DNA of 14,938 bases from Azolla caroliniana. Its lineage: Eukaryota; Plantae; Polypodiophyta. Under the pieces are notes generated by a model. That model searched no databases. It saw only the letters and a list, made by a program, of their open reading frames with translations, and had not been told where the DNA came from. Below are positions 9,310 through 14,938 of the stretch, piece by piece. Each line of letters starts with the position of its first letter. The stretch's first letter is position 1. The stretch covers positions 1 to 14,938 of the forward strand of contig JBHGNT010000828.1 in NCBI GenBank assembly GCA_043228905.1, written 5' to 3'. Made by a program: the position numbers and the translations under genes.

Positions 9310-9390
9310 CCGAATCGGCTTCCTCTGATTCGTTCTAGCTCTTGTCCGAATCGGTTGCCTCTGATTCGTTCCGACTCTTGTCCGAGTTGG
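9310..9390. repeat. 36-bp tandem repeat, about 2.2 copies, in the Copia 3' region
   Basis: CCGAATCGG..CCTCTGATTCGTTC..CTCTTGT starts at 9310 and 9346, with a partial copy at 9382. Confidence 0.85.
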
Positions 9391-11659
9391 TAGTCTCCAA
9401 CTCGTCTTCCGTTTTCAAACCCTTCACCACATCGGACCATGTCCGGGTCTTGGCCTTCTTCCGGTCGGCTCTGTCCTTCTTGAGTTTGCCGCCGCTGTCG
9501 TTTGCTCTGACTTGTTCGAATGTGCCAACTCCTTCGGTCGGCTCAACTTCCTTTTTCTGCTCATCTCCCCCCTTGGTTCTTTCTTCCTCTCCGGCTTCTT
9601 ATCCGGTGCAATTTGTTCTCCCCCTCAAGTGCGGCACGTTGAGATGTTGTAGACCAAGCATCTCCGAAAAGTGTTGCAACTTGTTTGATCCGAGTGGCTT
9701 GGTGAAGATGTCAACAACTTGCTGATCCATATAAACATACCGAAGGTCAACTTCACCGCTAAGAACCCAATCACGCACAAAGTGATAGTGCACTTCTATG
9801 TGCTTTGTTCGAGCATGGGAGACGGGGTTCTTGGCGAGCTATATGTTGCTTACGTTGTCGTAGTAGATCAGGATTGGGATCGGTACCTCGATCCGGAGGT
9901 CTCCCAGCAGTCGCCGAAGCCAGATGGCTTCACAGGTGGCAATGGTAGCGCCTCGGTATTCAGCCTCAATGCTTGATATAGCCACTATTGGCTGCCTTTC
10001 GCTGCTCCACGCAACAACCATGCTACCAAGAGAAAACATGTAACCGGAGGTGGATCGGCGATTCGATGCATCTGTACATCCGACAAGCTTCCAAGCTATA
10101 CCATGTCGGTATAACAGTCCCCGATCTCGTGTGCCATTCATATATCGCAATAGTCGATGCGTACACTGAAGGTGTTCGACGGTCGGCTTCTACATAAACT
10201 GGTTGATCACTCCGACAGGATAACTAATTTCAAGTCGGGTGATTGTCAAGTAGATAACACTTATACCCCATCTATTCATGCGAGTTGCCGACGAGTATGT
10301 ACTTCTCTGACTTTGGATCCAGCTTCCTCTGCCTCTCATCCGGTACATGCACATATGCTATGCTACCGAATATATCAGAAGGTGTCTCAAATTCGGTTTC
10401 CGCCCGAAGTACAACTCATCTGCTGACACCTTATCTCCGACCCGGTTTTGGATGTAGACAGCCGTCTAGACCACCTCAGCCCATTAGAAGTTGGGCATGC
10501 TTTTCTCCTCCAACATTGCCCTTGCCGCGTCGACAATCGGCGGATTCTTTCTCTCAACCACACTATTTTGTTGTGGTATGTATCGACAATTGTGAATTCT
10601 CTCCGAATTCCTTTTTGTTGCAGATAATTGTTGAATTGGCCGGAAAAATAATCTTTTCTGCCATCTGATCGTAGGCACTTGATCTTTCGTTCTATTTCCC
10701 TCTCGACTAGGCTTTGTAGATTCCGGAAACAGTCGAAGACTTTACTTTTCCTCTCAATGAGGTAGATCCATGTGTGCCGGCTGTAGTCGTTGATGAAGGA
10801 GACGACATACCGACCCCCGCCAAGACTAACGTTCTGTGTCAGTCCCCATACATCCAAATGGATTAAGTCGAGCTTGTTACGACTCCGGTTTCGTTTGGTG
10901 GGGAATGGATGCGGGTGTTGCTTCCCGAGTTGGCAGGCTTCACATATTTGGGCCTTCCGGCCACTAAATTTCGGCAATCCGAGAACAACTTGTTTCGATT
11001 GCAGGTCTTGAAGCCTCTGGTAGTTGACGTGGCCTATCCGTTTGTGCCACAGATCGATGCTTGATTCAATCTTCTGTCCTTTGGCAAATAGGGCGGCGTC
11101 GACATCGTTGGTGTCGAGGATGAACATCCTCACGTCTCTATGCCCTTGCACAATTATCTGGCCTTCTTCCTCAATGAAGCACCCGAGGTGCGTAAACCGC
11201 ACCTGCATTCCCTGGTCAATGATTTGTCTGACCGTCACCAGGTTCTTTGTGATTGTCGGAATGTGTAGTACGTTCATCAGCTTTCCCTTTTGTCCAACAT
11301 GGCTTAAGGGGATTTCTCTGATATGCACAATCGGGTGAGGGAAGTCGTCTCCGGTTTCAACAATTCCCGGATGTTCCGATTTGTCCAAAAACGAGAACCA
11401 CTCTTCGTGGCCCGTCATGTGGTTTGCCGCTCGGGAATCAACATACCATACTTCCTCTGATTTTGAAGTAGTCTTCTTCATCGAGTTAGCCTTGTGGTTC
11501 ATCACAAAGGCTGACCCCTTTCTGGTTTTCCCGGTTCCAGATCCTTCCGATCCTTCTACGTAGTGCGAGCTTTGTCGGTTTCCCTGTCCGGCCTTGTCAA
11601 ATCTGGATTTTTCTGAATTGGCGTGCTTCTTCTAGGACTCACTTTCTCTATGGCCTTTC

Positions 11660-12068
11660 TTTTGAGATACAAGCTTAACATTGGGTGCGTAACCCAGTGC
11701 ATAGAATAGGTGCGTAAAACCGTACGCACAAAGGCCGTAACGGTGCGTAAGCCGAGAGGCTGTTAGAGCGTTATTCCTTGTAAGGAATATATTTTGGGAG
11801 TTAGTGTATGGGCTCATTGATGAGCATTGAAGTACGAGTTAGTACTCTGTCAGTACTTTTGTTTGTCCGTAAGGATGTGTATAAAAAGCACCGATTGAGC
11901 GCATCCTATGTACAGATCATTGTTATTTTGAATCTAAGAACTTAGTGGTCTCTCTCTGTGTCTCTCCTACATATGTTGTGTTGTTTAAGTTCTCCATTAA
12001 ACCTTCTTGTGTTTGTTTGTGTTACCTGGTTGTGTCTGTTACGCTTCCACACACGCTATTCTTTTACA
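11660..12068 (+). repeat. 5' LTR (~409 bp) of a fourth Copia element
   Basis: Ends CTTTTACA immediately before the PBS. Shares AGGCTGTTAGAG, TTTTGGGAGT, ATGAGCATTGAAGTAC, TGTATAAAA and TACGCTTCC with the 8557-8986 LTR. The left end reads TTTTGA rather than TGTTGA, so that boundary is approximate. Confidence 0.82.
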
Positions 12069-12080
12069 TGGTATCAGAGC
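12069..12080 (+). other. Primer binding site, initiator tRNA-Met type
   Basis: TGGTATCAGAGC directly after the LTR terminal CA. Confidence 0.95.
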
Positions 12081-12154
12081 GCGAGGGTTGAAGTCCTCTG
12101 CTACTAACAAATAGACAAACCCTAATCACAGTGAAGAACTGAAGAGGAACAAGA

Positions 12155-12307
12155 ATGGATAAAGGAATGGCTAGGTCGCTTCTGACGGAGAAGCTTGACA
12201 AAAGCAACTGTGCATCTTGGTCGCACAAGATGCACCAGTACCTGCTCGGGCACAACTACTGGAGTTATGTCAATGGAGCTAACGACACAGCACTTGAATC
12301 AACACCC
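12155..12307 (+). mobile_element. Copia gag N-terminus, truncated
   Basis: MDKGMARSLLTEKLDKSNCASWSHKMHQYLLGHNYWSYVNG matches the Copia gag start pattern (KL..xNY..W...M...L....W..V.G) and lies downstream of the LTR and PBS. Confidence 0.9.
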
Positions 12308-12689
12308 TTCTTTTTCTTTCCTTTAATATACATATCCATATTTATTGTTTCCTTTTTATATGATGACATTAGGTTAAGCTCTAACAACATTCACCGACAT
12401 CTTCTAGAGCTCGAGTCCATCAATGTAAAGAGTTCAAGACTTTGACATGTTAGGCTTGCCTACTAGGGTTGCTCTTGAACTTTTGGGACGCAATGTTGAA
12501 ACTCAAAGTTGGGATAAACCATGACGATGCTCCCCTTGGGCCTCAAATTGGTTTTTCTGGTGAGTCTCAATCAATTTTGGGACTATCTCCCATCGGGATT
12601 GATTGAGCACACCATACATATAGCCATGTGCATTTGAATATTGAGGTTATGCGGCAGATTATAAGAACTTTACCATCTAAAATATAAAA

Positions 12690-12967
12690 CAAATGGCAAC
12701 TGGTAAGTAGTATCACAATTTGGTATATTTGGAAGGCTTGATGTTTGAAGATATTTCAAAAATGTGATTCAAAGACCTGCCCAAATAATTTCTAGGATTT
12801 GGACGGAGATTGTGCAAAATCTCAGAGGTTCTTTGGATAATATAAAAGTAAATATGCAACAATCGGAGCTCAAGCGATTTGAGTTTCATGCCATTTGGGA
12901 TGGAGGCATATTTCATAGACAGATTTTTCATAAGGTGGAGTGGTTCTACTCTACACCGAAGTATTAA
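12690..12967 (+). mobile_element. L1-like LINE ORF2 C-terminal remnant
   Basis: KWQLVSSITIWYIWKA*CLKIFQ/NVIQRPAQIISRIWTEIVQNLRG resembles the W-x-IWKxR..F motif found after the zf-RVT domain of plant L1 elements. It has one stop and one frameshift. Confidence 0.65.
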
Positions 12968-13387
12968 GTTGGCGGTTAGACTTAGAAAATGACGCTCATT
13001 ATTGAAAGGAGAATGTTGTATGTATAGCCTTAGGGCGTTTTCTTAATACTAATGTACATAGTATCTTGTTTTGGAAAAAAAGGATATAAAACAAATTGGC
13101 AAGAGAGATTTGAGAATCCTTGTAGAAAAGAGATTTGAAATATTGGCTCCACACATATTGTCCATAGTAGTAACTTTTCCATATATGTTTAGGTGGGTCA
13201 CTGCATCATCCTCAACCATACCACACTAACAAAACCATTAGGTTGACATTAAAAATCTTCTAGAAGGCAGAGAGAAAGAAAACAATGTGTGCCTATAGTG
13301 TGGTCAAAGTTCTAGAAACCCATTGAGCAAGTGCATGTACTATGGAGTGCCAATAGGCTAGTCTTCATCTTTTGATACTAACCAGTG

Positions 13388-13465
13388 ACCACCACCACCA
13401 CCACCTCTACTATACATACATACATATACATATACATACATATACATATACATATATATATATAT

Positions 13466-13510
<45 letters not shown>
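13388..13510. repeat. Compound microsatellite (ACC)6, (TACA/TATACA)n, (TA)n, (TG)~21
   Basis: Directly visible in the sequence. Confidence 0.97.
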
Positions 13511-13512
<2 letters not shown>

Positions 13513-14476
13513 GTCCCTCTGAATGGTAGTGATCTGTCGAAATTTGCAAGTCTTGTCTTTGAAATTACTTTCAAAGATATATAAAACAATCCGATGATCA
13601 CAATTCGTGATATTTGAAGATTCTATTTCTCACTTCATGAAGTTATTATATTGTGCATGATCATTATCTATGTGGATTTTATATTTATGTTCAAAGAGAA
13701 AAGTCAAATAGGGAAGCTTAGAAGTGTTGGAATATCCAACATTTTGACATGACCAAAATTGAGTTAAGAGGAGAATGTCACAAGTAATAAATACCCTACA
13801 AACATCATTGTTCCTTCAAGAGATGTGCATATGATACAAGAATAATGATAACAAAGTTTTCTAGAATATTTTGAAGTTTTTGTCGCAACATTAAATTCAA
13901 ATGTAAAAGAACCAACCATCTAGAAACAATCACAGCATGAAAATGGTGCAAAAATAGATTGCCAATGTATGAAAATTAGTTTTAACATATGCATTAAACC
14001 TATGTATGAAAAATTCTCGATAATGAAAAGGATTATCACTATGATCCTTTCTCGCCTTAAATGGTCTAGACCTCGGGATACTGTTCGAACCATGCATAAA
14101 GATACGAGGCCTTGTCTCTGGCAAAGATGTAGTTTCTACCCAAAATGTCAACTGGTTGTAGAGGTAAAAGTGACTAGTAATATACTACATTGGCGTGCAA
14201 CAACATCAGTGGAAAACTTGAATCGTGAGAAACCTCGTATAAGTGCAATTTGCATGTTTATAAAGCAAAGTATTATCACTACATGTGAAATGTTTGAAAG
14301 GAGCGTACATTGTTGGCCCATAGCTCGTACCAAGGTTTTGGATACTCGTCATGCTTGGTTGGTCGTATACTACAACTTGGACAGTCGCATCTAGAATTGT
14401 TGACTGATTGGTTTTCTTGGCATATCAAAATAAGAAACCGCATTGAGATTGTCCATCATGGGGGTAGGTCTTCCCG

Positions 14477-14721
14477 ATATTCAAGACTTATGGGTACGGC
14501 ATTCCATTAAAAGTAGCGTGATGTTACTTGTTAAAGGGTATTGTGGTGAATTTAGATTCACCAAATAAAAAGCATTCCAGTAATATGTATATTATTCCAG
14601 TAATGTGTATATTCAAGACTTACGGGTACGGCATTCCATTAAAAGTAGCGTGATGTTACTTGTTAAAGGGTATTGTGCTGAATTTAGATTCACCAAATAA
14701 AAAGCATTCCAGTAATATGTA
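14477..14721. repeat. Near-perfect 113-bp direct duplication (14477-14589 and 14609-14721)
   Basis: ATATTCAAGACTTAYGGG...CATTCCAGTAATATGTA occurs twice, 132 bp apart, with two mismatches seen. Confidence 0.93.
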
Positions 14722-14938
14722 CATATATTATTATAATTTGTTTATCCATTTAATGAAAGTCCTGGCATCTTTTTGGGCCGCAGTATTTTTATTATCACAA
14801 TTTGGTTAGCCAATTAACAAAAGCATTTGTACAGGACAAATGCTGGATGCATTGGCATCTTTTCCGGCCCCCATGTTGAGGCATAAACATTATTATTCCT
14901 GTTCGGTTTTTCTAGAACACTACTACTCTATTACTGCT

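Larger units (their letters stand above)
8557..11659 (-). mobile_element. Third Ty1/Copia element: gag knuckle remnant, protease, integrase, most of RT deleted, RNase H, 3' region, PPT and LTR
   Basis: KKGHRESE (knuckle remnant); WYVDSRAANHMTG (protease); LWHKRIGH..CEACQLGKQ; LIHLDVWG; KIKCLRSDG; PQQNSVVERKN; RKLDPKSEK; a jump near 10270-10290 to YLTITR; RRSTSGY; EAEYR; HYHFVRD; VDIFTKPL. Confidence 0.95.

Noticed and set aside
8557-12068. Inverted LTR pair as the termini of a single DIRS-like or TIR element
   Set aside because: The two LTRs are clearly diverged, and each has its own Copia context (PPT for one; PBS and gag for the other).
12570-12620. Possible Gypsy LPP.R..EH.I motif (YLPSGLIEHTI)
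   Set aside because: Too short, with no flanking support.
13358-13601. ORFs with THTHTH, CVCVCV or poly-H tracts
   Set aside because: They are translations of microsatellites.

Overview
Eukaryotic, intron-containing and transposon-dense DNA. It is most likely from a plant genome; the retroelement style suggests a seed-free plant such as a fern, which is an inference. Nothing in the window looks like an intact gene. Positions 1-5831 hold a decayed, divergently oriented gene pair. On the minus strand is a frameshifted Sola1-like (DUF7869-type) DDE transposase. On the plus strand is a spliced pseudogene encoding a ParB/Srx-like domain fused to a beta-class N6-adenine/N4-cytosine DNA methyltransferase (DIPY motif). 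Between them lie two ordered repeat arrays, one being five 51-bp units that each carry a long palindrome. This module is the most interesting part of the window and reads as a DNA transposon carrying a prokaryote-style ParB-MTase cargo gene. Positions 5832-12307 are a mosaic of truncated Copia and Gypsy fragments, with two related LTRs in inverted orientation, a PPT and a tRNA-Met PBS. The remainder holds a LINE 3' remnant, microsatellites and a recent 113-bp duplication. All family calls rest on motif recognition by eye; no searches were run.
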